Under the pieces are notes generated by a model. It ran no database searches. It was not told where the DNA came from and worked only from the letters and a program-made list of their open reading frames with translations. Source: a virus. Taken from it: a stretch of DNA of 39,492 nt. Positions 27,897-35,259 of this stretch are shown here, in pieces; within the stretch, counting starts at the first letter, position 1; every line of letters starts with the position of its first letter. The translations under genes and the position numbers were made by a program. The stretch covers positions 1-39,492 of IMG/VR virus record IMGVR_UViG_3300045988_127307; one strand, written 5' to 3'.

Positions 27897-27930
27897 GGAA
27901 CTAGAGATATAACTCTAAGTTCCTTTTTTT
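27897..27930. terminator. bidirectional intrinsic terminator shared by the micro-ORF (+) and the repressor (-)
   Basis: GGAACTAGAG-atataa-CTCTAAGTTCC (one bulge), flanked by an A-run on the 5' side and T7 on the 3' side. It overlaps the repressor stop codon. Confidence 0.6.
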
Positions 27931-28346
27931 ATATTTTTTATAAATTTAACCATATTCTCTAGATCATCACTGCTAATTCCATTAAATATCTTTGAAAATT
28001 TCAAGACATTTATAAATTCATCTTCAGTTAAATCTTTGGTAGATATTAAAAATTCTATAACTTTATTAAATTGTTCATCGGTAAGATTTTCAGTAAGTTT
28101 TTCAACTGCTTCTAACTTTTTTAATTCTTTTTTAAAAGGTCTTTCTTCAGAAGCACCTACTAAATAATCAGCAGATACATTAAAAAAATCAGCTAGTTTA
28201 AAAAGTGTCTCAACATCATATTTTCTAAAATCTTTCTCCCAACTATTTATTGTTTGTTTAGAAACTTTTAAGTAATCTGCTAATTCTTGCATAGTCATTT
28301 TTCTTTCTAATCTTAAATCTCTCAGTATTTCCCCTTGTGTTGGCAT
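27915..28346 (-). CDS. CI-like repressor (XRE HTH) without an S24 peptidase domain
   Basis: ATG 28346 follows SD GAGGAGG (the track ORF starts at 28376). HTH: MTMQELADYLKVSKQTINSWE. The C-terminal half contains three about 15-aa repeats (LTDEQFNKVIEFL / LTEDEFINVLKF / SSDDLENMVKFI). No Ala-Gly / Ser-Lys autocleavage signature is present. Confidence 0.8.
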   Translation of the reverse strand: MPTQGEILRDLRLERKMTMQELADYLKVSKQTINSWEKDFRKYDVETLFKLADFFNVSADYLVGASEERPFKKELKKLEAVEKLTENLTDEQFNKVIEFLISTKDLTEDEFINVLKFSKIFNGISSDDLENMVKFIKNIKKGT

Positions 28347-28390
28347 GGTTTTTCCTCCTCTAAGTATCATATACATATATTATTAATAAT

Positions 28391-28405
28391 TATACGCAAC
28401 GTATA
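28391..28405. promoter_or_regulatory. 15-bp palindrome TATACG-CAA-CGTATA (candidate operator)
   Basis: Read directly from the sequence. It overlaps a - strand TATAAT at 28389-28394. GGTATA repeats lie nearby. Confidence 0.3.
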
Positions 28406-28418
28406 CCTATACCTTGCA

Positions 28419-28427
28419 ATTATACCA
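28419..28427 (-). promoter_or_regulatory. extended -10 element TGGTATAAT (- strand) for the repressor gene
   Basis: The reverse complement of ATTATACCA matches TGnTATAAT. Confidence 0.45.
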
Positions 28428-28508
28428 TTTTGTTTATTTTTTAGCTATTAAATATACTGCAAAATACAAAAAGAGTACAAAAATATAAGAAAATTTATAA
28501 AAAACATA

Positions 28509-28537
28509 TTGACAGCATACTTTTTGAGTACTACAAT
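28509..28537 (+). promoter_or_regulatory. early rightward promoter: TTGACA, 17 bp, TACAAT
   Basis: Consensus -35 at 28509-28514 and near-consensus -10 at 28532-28537, about 30 bp upstream of the cro-like gene. Confidence 0.65.
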
Positions 28538-28567
28538 TAAACTATAAAGAAAAGAGGTGACAACGAA

Positions 28568-28792
28568 ATGATGGTAAAATCTTACAGAAGATTTCATAAT
28601 ATGACACAAAGTGATATGGCTAACGTTTTAGGAATATCTACAATGAGCTATTGTAGAAAAGAAAATGGAGAAAGAGAATTTAAACTATCTGAAGCTAAAA
28701 CAATCGCTGACCTTTTTGGATGTACAATAGAGGAAATTTTTTTTACAAATAATGTCTACTCTAAGAGTATTAATTTAAGTCAGGTATTGTAA
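28568..28792 (+). CDS. Cro-like XRE-family HTH regulator
   Basis: 74 aa, divergent from the repressor. HTH: MTQSDMANVLGISTMSYCRKENG. Confidence 0.75.
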   Translation: MMVKSYRRFHNMTQSDMANVLGISTMSYCRKENGEREFKLSEAKTIADLFGCTIEEIFFTNNVYSKSINLSQVL

Positions 28793-28839
28793 AATGTGTA
28801 CACCTAAAGTAAAACAAAGTAAAGAAAGGAGATTGAAAT

Positions 28840-29676
28840 ATGGATTACATAAACGAAATGAACAAAACTGTAGAAAGAATAGTACAAACAGTATCATCAA
28901 GAGAAGTGGCTGAAATGATGGAAGTTAGACATGCAGATTTAATAGGAAAAATAGAAAGACATACAACAATACTAGAAAAAGTTAACGAACGAAATTTTTC
29001 GTTGGTTGATTTATGGCAATTAAGTTCTTACAAAGATGCAAAAGGTGAAACAAGAAAAGAGTATCAAGTAACTAAAAAAGGCTGTGAATTTCTAGCACAT
29101 AAAACAACTGGAGAAAAGGGAGATTTATTCACTATAAGATATATGAATAAATTTGAGGAAATGGAACAGTACATAAAAGAACAACAAGTACCTCAGTTAA
29201 CAGAAAAACAAATGCTGCAGTTACAAATCCTAAATGGTGATGAAATGGAGAGAATAGGAGCTTTAAAACAATATGAGGGAGTTATAACTAAACCTCTAAT
29301 AGACACAATAGAAAAACAGTCAGATGCAATAAACGAATTAAAACCGCATGCAGAATATGCAGAAAGAGTTTTAGAAGATAAAAAAACATTATTAACTCCA
29401 ACTCAAATAGCTAAAGATTTTGGAATGGCTGGTAAAGCATTAAATGCATTACTCCATGATCTAGGAGTTCAATATAAACAAAACGGACAATGGCTTTTAT
29501 ATGCTAAGTATCAAGGTAAAGGATATACAGGACCATATCAACCAGATATACCGAATGCTAAACCTCAGACAAGATGGACTCAAGCTGGTAAAAAGTTTAT
29601 CCATGATATTTTAAGAAAAAATGGTTACAAGACACTTTTAGAAGACAAACAAGAGCAACAAAGCTTTTTTAACTAA
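28840..29676 (+). CDS. antirepressor (Rha-type N-terminal domain plus KilAC/ANT C-terminal domain)
   Basis: N-terminus VSSREVAEMMEVRHADLIGKIE. C-terminus LLTPTQIAKDFGMAGKALNALLHDLGVQYKQNGQWLL. Confidence 0.8.
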   Translation: MDYINEMNKTVERIVQTVSSREVAEMMEVRHADLIGKIERHTTILEKVNERNFSLVDLWQLSSYKDAKGETRKEYQVTKKGCEFLAHKTTGEKGDLFTIRYMNKFEEMEQYIKEQQVPQLTEKQMLQLQILNGDEMERIGALKQYEGVITKPLIDTIEKQSDAINELKPHAEYAERVLEDKKTLLTPTQIAKDFGMAGKALNALLHDLGVQYKQNGQWLLYAKYQGKGYTGPYQPDIPNAKPQTRWTQAGKKFIHDILRKNGYKTLLEDKQEQQSFFN

Positions 29677-29689
29677 GGAGGATTTAAAC

Positions 29690-30097
29690 ATGGAAGATAA
29701 TAAAAAATTAGAATTTACTTATTGTGGAGATATAAAAATAGAATTTGCAAATATTAGAGTGATAGAAATAGGAAGCAGCCTCAAATTTACACTAGATGAA
29801 AGATTCCCTTGGATAAATGTTTATTTAGGAGATAATTCTGATGAAGGGTTTAGATATTTTGATGAAATTGACATAGAATCATCATTTATAAATGCTGATG
29901 AACTCGTAACAATAGTGCTTAATTATTGTGTAGAACATATAAGATTTATAACTGATAAAAAAATGAAAGAAAAGGTGCAAAAATATTTTAAAAGACAAGA
30001 AAAAGAAAATCAAAAGGTAACTCAAATACTTTCACAGTATACAGATGAACAGTTATTGAATGAAGTTAACGAAAGAGGACTTTTGGGAGGTAACTAA
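29690..30097 (+). CDS. hypothetical protein
   Basis: 135-aa ORF with SD AAGGAGG upstream. Confidence 0.5.
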   Translation: MEDNKKLEFTYCGDIKIEFANIRVIEIGSSLKFTLDERFPWINVYLGDNSDEGFRYFDEIDIESSFINADELVTIVLNYCVEHIRFITDKKMKEKVQKYFKRQEKENQKVTQILSQYTDEQLLNEVNERGLLGGN

Positions 30098-30098
30098 C

Positions 30099-30302
30099 AT
30101 GGCAACTTATATAAAAACAGAACATTTTTTTAAAAGAGAAGTAGAAGCAGTAAGTGACATATTAAGAGCTAGAGGTTTTAGAGAAGAATGGAGCATAATA
30201 ACTCCATACCAAGCAGAAATTAAAATGTTTCACGTGTTACAAAACAAGTTTGCACTACTTAGAAAACAAGGCAATAACACAGTAGTTGATTATAGCAGAT
30301 AG
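30099..30302 (+). CDS. hypothetical protein
   Basis: ATG 30099 follows SD GGGAGG (the track ORF starts at 30060). Confidence 0.45.
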   Translation: MATYIKTEHFFKREVEAVSDILRARGFREEWSIITPYQAEIKMFHVLQNKFALLRKQGNNTVVDYSR

Positions 30303-30310
30303 GAGGCATC

Positions 30311-30394
30311 ATGTTAGCAAAATACATAGCAGCAGTAATCATATTTAACATAGGCTTCTTTTTAGGGGCTTGGTGGCACAGCATACATAATTAG
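30311..30394 (+). CDS. 27-aa hydrophobic micro-protein (MLAKYIAAVIIFNIGFFLGAWWHSIHN)
   Basis: SD AGGAGG lies 4-5 nt before the ATG. Below the track cutoff. Confidence 0.35.
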   Translation: MLAKYIAAVIIFNIGFFLGAWWHSIHN

Positions 30395-30405
30395 GGGGTG
30401 AAAGT

Positions 30406-30735
30406 ATGGCAAGTGAATTTGAAAAGATGTTAGTAAGAAACATGGACCAAAGCGAACTACTTCAAACAATATCAGAAAGAATTGACTTAGTTGATATCGT
30501 TGAAAAATTTCGTTATAGCGAAGACTATGCACCATGTGAATATCTAACAATAGAACAATTACAGGAGTATCTACATTGTGGCCGTAACTATGCTTTACAG
30601 GTAGCAAGATATGGACTTAGCACAGGAGAATACACAGTAAATCATATGGGGAGAAAGTATCTAGTAGACAGAATAAGTTATGACAAATATGTCAAAAGAA
30701 AACTAGGAAAGTCTTTAAAGGAGGTGGTTAGATGA
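30406..30735 (+). CDS. HTH_17 / excisionase-like DNA-binding protein
   Basis: The segment YLTIEQLQEYLHCGRNYALQVARYG...GRKYLVDRISYDKYV resembles MerR/excisionase-type HTH domains. Confidence 0.4.
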   Translation: MASEFEKMLVRNMDQSELLQTISERIDLVDIVEKFRYSEDYAPCEYLTIEQLQEYLHCGRNYALQVARYGLSTGEYTVNHMGRKYLVDRISYDKYVKRKLGKSLKEVVR

Positions 30736-30836
30736 AATGTACACCAGAAGTTCTAAACTACTTAGCAAATAAATATCCAAACATGACTGTAAAGCAACTT
30801 ATAGAGTTAATGAACTCAAAATGTAACTGGAGATAA
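30732..30836 (+). CDS. 34-aa micro-protein
   Basis: ATGA overlap with the upstream stop. SD GGAGGTGG upstream. Confidence 0.3.
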   Translation: MKCTPEVLNYLANKYPNMTVKQLIELMNSKCNWR

Positions 30837-30849
30837 GGGGGAACAACAA

Positions 30850-31095
30850 ATGAAGAGTAAAAAACAAATCTATGAAGAAACTCAGGATATGGTCCTAAAA
30901 ACAAACACTGACAATTATATGGAATATCTAAAAACATACAGACAAGCATTCAATTCAAACATGACTCAAGAAGAAAAAGATGACATAAGAAAAAAAGCAT
31001 ATGAAGAATATCAAAGAAAAGAAAATGAACTTTACGATATCCTTACACATGCTTACATGGATTATATGCATGATGCTAATCCAATATTTGCATAA
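30850..31095 (+). CDS. hypothetical protein
   Basis: 81-aa ORF with SD AAGGGGG upstream, followed by the hairpin AGCTCTCTAGA...TCTAGGGAGCT. Confidence 0.45.
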   Translation: MKSKKQIYEETQDMVLKTNTDNYMEYLKTYRQAFNSNMTQEEKDDIRKKAYEEYQRKENELYDILTHAYMDYMHDANPIFA

Positions 31096-31191
31096 CAAAA
31101 TAAGCTCTCTAGACAGTAATCTAGGGAGCTAACAAAACACTATATGTAATATAAGATACTTAAATTATAACACGAAAGGGGATAAATTTAA

Positions 31192-31713
31192 ATGAATTTA
31201 TATGAACTTACAAGCAACTTTATAGAAGTAGATAGATTAATAAGTGACTATTTAGAAAATGGAGAAGAAGATTTAGCAGAAAATTTAGTAAAAGCTAATA
31301 AAATAATAGCTGATGAAATAAAAAATAAATCAAATGGTTTTGTATACGTTTTTAGAAATATAGATAGTCAAATAGAAAGCATAGACAGTGAAATAAAAAG
31401 ACTTCAAGAGTTAAAAAAACAAAGACAAAACAAAGCTGAAAATCTTAAAAAGATGTTAAAAGACAATATGGAAGCACTTGGAGTTAAAAAGATGGAAACA
31501 GATTTAGGCAACTTTACTATAAGAAACAATCCAGGAAGTCTTATTATAGATGATTTAGAAAGTGTACCAGATACATATAAAGAAACTGTTGTAACAGAAA
31601 CAGTTAAAGTTGATAAAAATGCAATTAAAAAACTTATAAAAGGTGGTACAGATGTAGAAGGATGCCACTTAGAAGTCGGAACAAGTTTAACTATACCAAA
31701 AACTAAAAAATAA
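31192..31713 (+). CDS. Gp157-like protein (siphovirus Gp157 family)
   Basis: The N-terminus MNLYELTSNFIEV..., the coiled coil, and its position upstream of the recombinase support the call. Confidence 0.55.
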   Translation: MNLYELTSNFIEVDRLISDYLENGEEDLAENLVKANKIIADEIKNKSNGFVYVFRNIDSQIESIDSEIKRLQELKKQRQNKAENLKKMLKDNMEALGVKKMETDLGNFTIRNNPGSLIIDDLESVPDTYKETVVTETVKVDKNAIKKLIKGGTDVEGCHLEVGTSLTIPKTKK

Positions 31714-31727
31714 GGAAGGTGAATAAC

Positions 31728-32606
31728 ATGAATAAAGCAGCACAAAGAACAAATGGAGCATTAGCACTTGCAGAATGCACTCTAGAAGGTGGACAAGTTT
31801 TAAACGTAGAAACAGTCAAGAATTATCTTGTAAGAGGTAACGGAGATATAACAGACCAAGAAACATTGATGTTTATCGAGTTATGCAAAGCTCAACATCT
31901 TAATCCATTCATAAACGAAGCATACTTAATCAAATTTGGAAGTCAACCAGCACAAATAGTTACTGGTAAAGATGTATTTGTTAAAAGAGCTTATAAAAAT
32001 CCTAACTTTGAAGGAATGAAAGCTGGAATAGTAGTTTTATCTAATGGAGAAATGAAATACAGAGAAGGCAGCTTAAAAGCACCAAAAGAACAATTAATCG
32101 GTGGTTGGTGTGAGGTATATGTAAAAAATGTGAAATTCCCTGTTAGATCTGAAGTAGCTTTAGAAGAATATAGTAAATCACAAGCAACTTGGAAGCAGAT
32201 GCCATGTGTAATGATTAGAAAATGTGCTATGGTAACTGCTTTAAGAGAAGCATTCCCAGAAGATTTACAAGGTTTATATGATAGCTGCGAAATGAAAAAC
32301 GTACCAGATAAATTACCACAAAAAGAAGTTGTAATAGGCAAAGCAACAAGTGAGCAAAAGAGAAAGTTATTAGCAATGGCAGAGGTAAAAGGATTATATA
32401 GTCACGAAGATGCTAAAGATACATCAAAGCTTGAATATTTCTGCAGCAGTAACGGATATGACCTAAAAGACTTAAAATTCGAAGAAGTGGACGAGCTATT
32501 ACAACTACTAACAAACTATGAACCAGTACAAGATGTAGAGTACACAGAAGAACCTATAGAAGAGGATAATGGACAAATAGAAGGACAGCAAGTAATGGAT
32601 ATGTAG
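31728..32606 (+). CDS. recT: RecT/Bet-family single-strand annealing protein
   Basis: ATG 31728 follows SD AAGGAAGG. Contains the segment FIELCKAQHLNPFINEAYLIKFG...IVTGKDVF...F.G. Confidence 0.8.
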   Translation: MNKAAQRTNGALALAECTLEGGQVLNVETVKNYLVRGNGDITDQETLMFIELCKAQHLNPFINEAYLIKFGSQPAQIVTGKDVFVKRAYKNPNFEGMKAGIVVLSNGEMKYREGSLKAPKEQLIGGWCEVYVKNVKFPVRSEVALEEYSKSQATWKQMPCVMIRKCAMVTALREAFPEDLQGLYDSCEMKNVPDKLPQKEVVIGKATSEQKRKLLAMAEVKGLYSHEDAKDTSKLEYFCSSNGYDLKDLKFEEVDELLQLLTNYEPVQDVEYTEEPIEEDNGQIEGQQVMDM

Positions 32607-32657
32607 CTAGGTTGGGGAGCAATCCCCTTCCTAGAAAAGTAAAGAAGGTGAATATTA

Positions 32658-33551
32658 ATGGCAAAATACAGAGCAATACAAGTAGACTTTTGGGAAGATG
32701 GATTTGTATTAGATTTAACTCCAGAAGAAAAGTATTTCTATTTATATCTTCTAAGCAACTCTAGAACAACACAATGTGGATGCTATGAATTACCTTATAA
32801 GGTTGTAGAAATGCAAACAGGATATAACAGAGAAACAGTACAGAAATTATTAAAAAGATTTGAAGATTACGGAAAAACAAGTTACAACGAAGAAACAAAA
32901 GAAATACTTATAAAAAACTGGCATAAACATAACTTTTCTAAATCTCCTAAAGTGAAAAATTGCATTTTAAAAGAAATTGAAAAGATAAAAAGTAAAGACT
33001 ATAAAGATTATTTATATAGAGTATGTATAGAGTATGGATACCCTATTGATACAGTATCTATAGACTATAAAAATAGTAATAATAGTCTAGATAAAGACTT
33101 AGATAGTCTATCCATAGACTCGGGGGAAAAAGAAAAAGAAAAAGAAAAAGAAAAAGAAAAAGAAAAACAAAAACAAAAAGAAGATACAGCATCTCCTGAA
33201 AAAAATGTAAGTAAGTTGGTAGGTAATGATTTAAAAGAATTTACTAACCTATTTGAAAAAAATATAGGAACGGTAAATCAATTAATAGCTCAATGGCTTA
33301 TAGAAATGACAGAAACAATAGACAGAGATTTATTTGCAAGAGCAATAGAAATATGCACCGAAAGAGCTAAAACCAACTGGGGCTATCTAAAAGGTATAAT
33401 CAACAACTGGACAAACAATAACATATACACAATGGAACAATTACAAGCATACAAATTACAGCAAGAACAAAACAAACCTAGACAACAAGATGAATTAAAT
33501 AAACAAGATCTAGATTTTCTAGACAAAATAGATGAAAAATTCGGATTATAA
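32658..33551 (+). CDS. replisome organizer (Phage_rep_org_N domain plus DnaD-like C-terminal domain)
   Basis: N-terminus YRAIQVDFWEDGFVLDLTPEEKYFYLYLL. C-terminus ...NWGYLKGIINNWTNNNIYT. An (EK)n linker separates them. Confidence 0.75.
   Translation: MAKYRAIQVDFWEDGFVLDLTPEEKYFYLYLLSNSRTTQCGCYELPYKVVEMQTGYNRETVQKLLKRFEDYGKTSYNEETKEILIKNWHKHNFSKSPKVKNCILKEIEKIKSKDYKDYLYRVCIEYGYPIDTVSIDYKNSNNSLDKDLDSLSIDSGEKEKEKEKEKEKEKQKQKEDTASPEKNVSKLVGNDLKEFTNLFEKNIGTVNQLIAQWLIEMTETIDRDLFARAIEICTERAKTNWGYLKGIINNWTNNNIYTMEQLQAYKLQQEQNKPRQQDELNKQDLDFLDKIDEKFGL
33060..33120. repeat. four ATAGACT(AT) iteron-like sites in + - - + orientation (candidate origin)
   Basis: Sites at 33060-33068 (+), 33082-33089 (-), 33103-33111 (-) and 33114-33120 (+). 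The last two form the palindrome AGTCTAT-CC-ATAGACT. Confidence 0.5.
33126..33173 (+). repeat. hexanucleotide microsatellite: (GAAAAA)6 then (CAAAAA)2
   Basis: Read directly from the sequence. It encodes EKEKEKEKEKEKQKQK. Confidence 0.95.
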
Positions 33552-33556
33552 AGGAG

Positions 33557-34312
33557 ATGAATAAAATGGATGCAATTTTATTGAATAGATTAAAAGTTGC
33601 TTTGGAAAAACATGCTCCAGAACCAGCAAAATATGATTGTCCTAAATGTGAAGATAGAGGATATACATTCGAGATAAAGGATGGATATGAGGTGGCTGTA
33701 CCTTGTAGCTGCTTAGAAAAAAGACAAAGTATCGAAAAACTTGCATTAAGTGGTCTTACAGAGGTTTTTAGACAAAAGACGATTAATTCCTTTAAAACTA
33801 ACAAGGAATGGCAAATAAAGGCAAAGAACGAGGTTTTACGATATGTTAATGACTTCTTAAAAAAAGAAACTAATGCAAGTTTGATTTTGTGTGGAAATCC
33901 TGGAAGTGGAAAGACACATCTAGGAATCGGGGCTATGTTAGAACTTATAAATAACAATGTTGGGTGTGTGTATAAAGAGTATATATCAATGCTGACTAAT
34001 CTAAAACAAGTTATCAATGAAGAAGAAGAGTTTATCAGAGAATTAGAAAAATATATAAATCCAAGAGTATTATTTTTAGATGATTTTCTAAAGGGAGAAG
34101 TTACATCAGCAGACCGAAAATACATATATAAAGTCATAAACACTCGATATTTAAAAGGTAAACCAATGATTATATCAACTGAGAAAAGCATAAAGGAAAT
34201 ATTAATGTTTGATGAGGCTGTTGGGTCACGAATTGTCGAAATGGCTCAAAATAATATAATAACATTCCCTAGAGGAATAGAAAACAACTATAGATTAAGA
34301 AATATAATATAG
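33557..34312 (+). CDS. DnaC/IstB-like AAA+ helicase loader
   Basis: Walker A GNPGSGKTH, Walker B VLFLDDF, and an N-terminal Cys cluster CPKCEDRG...PCSC. Confidence 0.8.
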   Translation: MNKMDAILLNRLKVALEKHAPEPAKYDCPKCEDRGYTFEIKDGYEVAVPCSCLEKRQSIEKLALSGLTEVFRQKTINSFKTNKEWQIKAKNEVLRYVNDFLKKETNASLILCGNPGSGKTHLGIGAMLELINNNVGCVYKEYISMLTNLKQVINEEEEFIRELEKYINPRVLFLDDFLKGEVTSADRKYIYKVINTRYLKGKPMIISTEKSIKEILMFDEAVGSRIVEMAQNNIITFPRGIENNYRLRNII

Positions 34313-34347
34313 GGCTTTAACGAGCCCTAGGAGGGGGATAATCACAA

Positions 34348-34884
34348 ATGGCATTAAGACTATCAGACTTAGAACGAAAAAAGATAAAGAGATTATACAA
34401 TAAAGGATTAAGCATACTAAACATCTCTTATGAGTTAAATAGAAATAAAAATACTATAAAAAAATATGTAAAAGAAATGGGACTTGTTAGAGAAAATCCA
34501 GACCTAATTGGACAAGTATTTGGCAAACTTACAGTAATAGAATTAGATCAAGAATCAAGTGGTAGAAGAAAATGGATATGTAAGTGTAGCTGCGGAAATA
34601 CAGTATCCGTCAGAGAATATAACTTGAAATCTGGAAACACAAAATCATGTGGATGCACTAGAAAAGAAAAATCATCAGTGAGAAATCTGAATGTAAAGCA
34701 AGTTAAAACTAGAGATAATCAAGGTGGAGTTTACTATTTTCAACCAGGAGAGATTATTTTAAAAGGCAATTACGAAAGCGAGAAAAAATGCAGCAAAGTA
34801 AAAGAATACAAATTAAGTCCTGAGGAGTTGCAAGTCTATTTGAAATCACTAGAAACAAAAGAAGTAAAGAAAAGGGGTGAATAG
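34348..34884 (+). CDS. HTH plus Cys-rich (zinc-ribbon-like) DNA-binding protein
   Basis: N-terminal HTH (GLSILNISYELNRNKNTIKKYV) and the segment GKLTVIE...WICKCSCGN...SCGC. Confidence 0.45.
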   Translation: MALRLSDLERKKIKRLYNKGLSILNISYELNRNKNTIKKYVKEMGLVRENPDLIGQVFGKLTVIELDQESSGRRKWICKCSCGNTVSVREYNLKSGNTKSCGCTRKEKSSVRNLNVKQVKTRDNQGGVYYFQPGEIILKGNYESEKKCSKVKEYKLSPEELQVYLKSLETKEVKKRGE

Positions 34885-34886
34885 TA

Positions 34887-35123
34887 ATGGAAAAAAATAT
34901 AATCGAAGTGAAAAATATAAAAACTGGAGAAGTATTAGAGTTTACAGGCCAAAATGCAGTAGCGAAGTATCTTACAGGTGTATATGGCAAGAAAATATAC
35001 GCTGGAGCTGTAGCATCAGCTATAAGACAAGACACTCCATATAAAAATACATGGGAAATAAATTTTATAAAAAACGCTAATAAAAAAATATGCAGGATTA
35101 TTCATAGAATTAAAAGCAGATAA
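34887..35123 (+). CDS. small NUMOD1-like DNA-binding protein (possible homing-endonuclease remnant)
   Basis: The segment IEVKNIKTGEVLEFTGQNAVAKYL...ASAIRQDTPYKNTWEINFI resembles the DNA-binding modules of GIY-YIG/HNH homing endonucleases. No catalytic domain is present. Confidence 0.35.
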   Translation: MEKNIIEVKNIKTGEVLEFTGQNAVAKYLTGVYGKKIYAGAVASAIRQDTPYKNTWEINFIKNANKKICRIIHRIKSR

Positions 35124-35250
35124 AACAAAGAGCATGACAAAAGAACAAAAGGAATGGCTAGAAAAACTAAATAGTTACGGATATAAAGCTGTTAGATGTA
35201 ATGGCTCAGAAGAAGCTATACAGGTTATAAAAAAATATCTAAATATATAG
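35071..35250 (+). pseudogene. C-terminal remnant of a VRR-NUC nuclease gene
   Basis: The frame opens at 35071, after TAA at 35068-35070. It encodes ...YAGLFIELKADKTKSMTKEQKEWLEKLNSYGYKAVRCNGSEEAIQVIKKYLNI. The E.K and Q..W...L...G motifs are present. The N-terminal half with the PD motif is absent. Confidence 0.5.
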
Positions 35251-35259
35251 GTGAATAAA

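Noticed and set aside
33478-34191. A 237-aa ORF on the - strand
   Set aside because: It is antisense to the well-supported DnaC-like gene (Walker A and B motifs) and the 3' end of the replisome organizer gene. It has no SD and a low-complexity, Phe/Ser/Leu-rich composition typical of antisense frames in AT-rich DNA.
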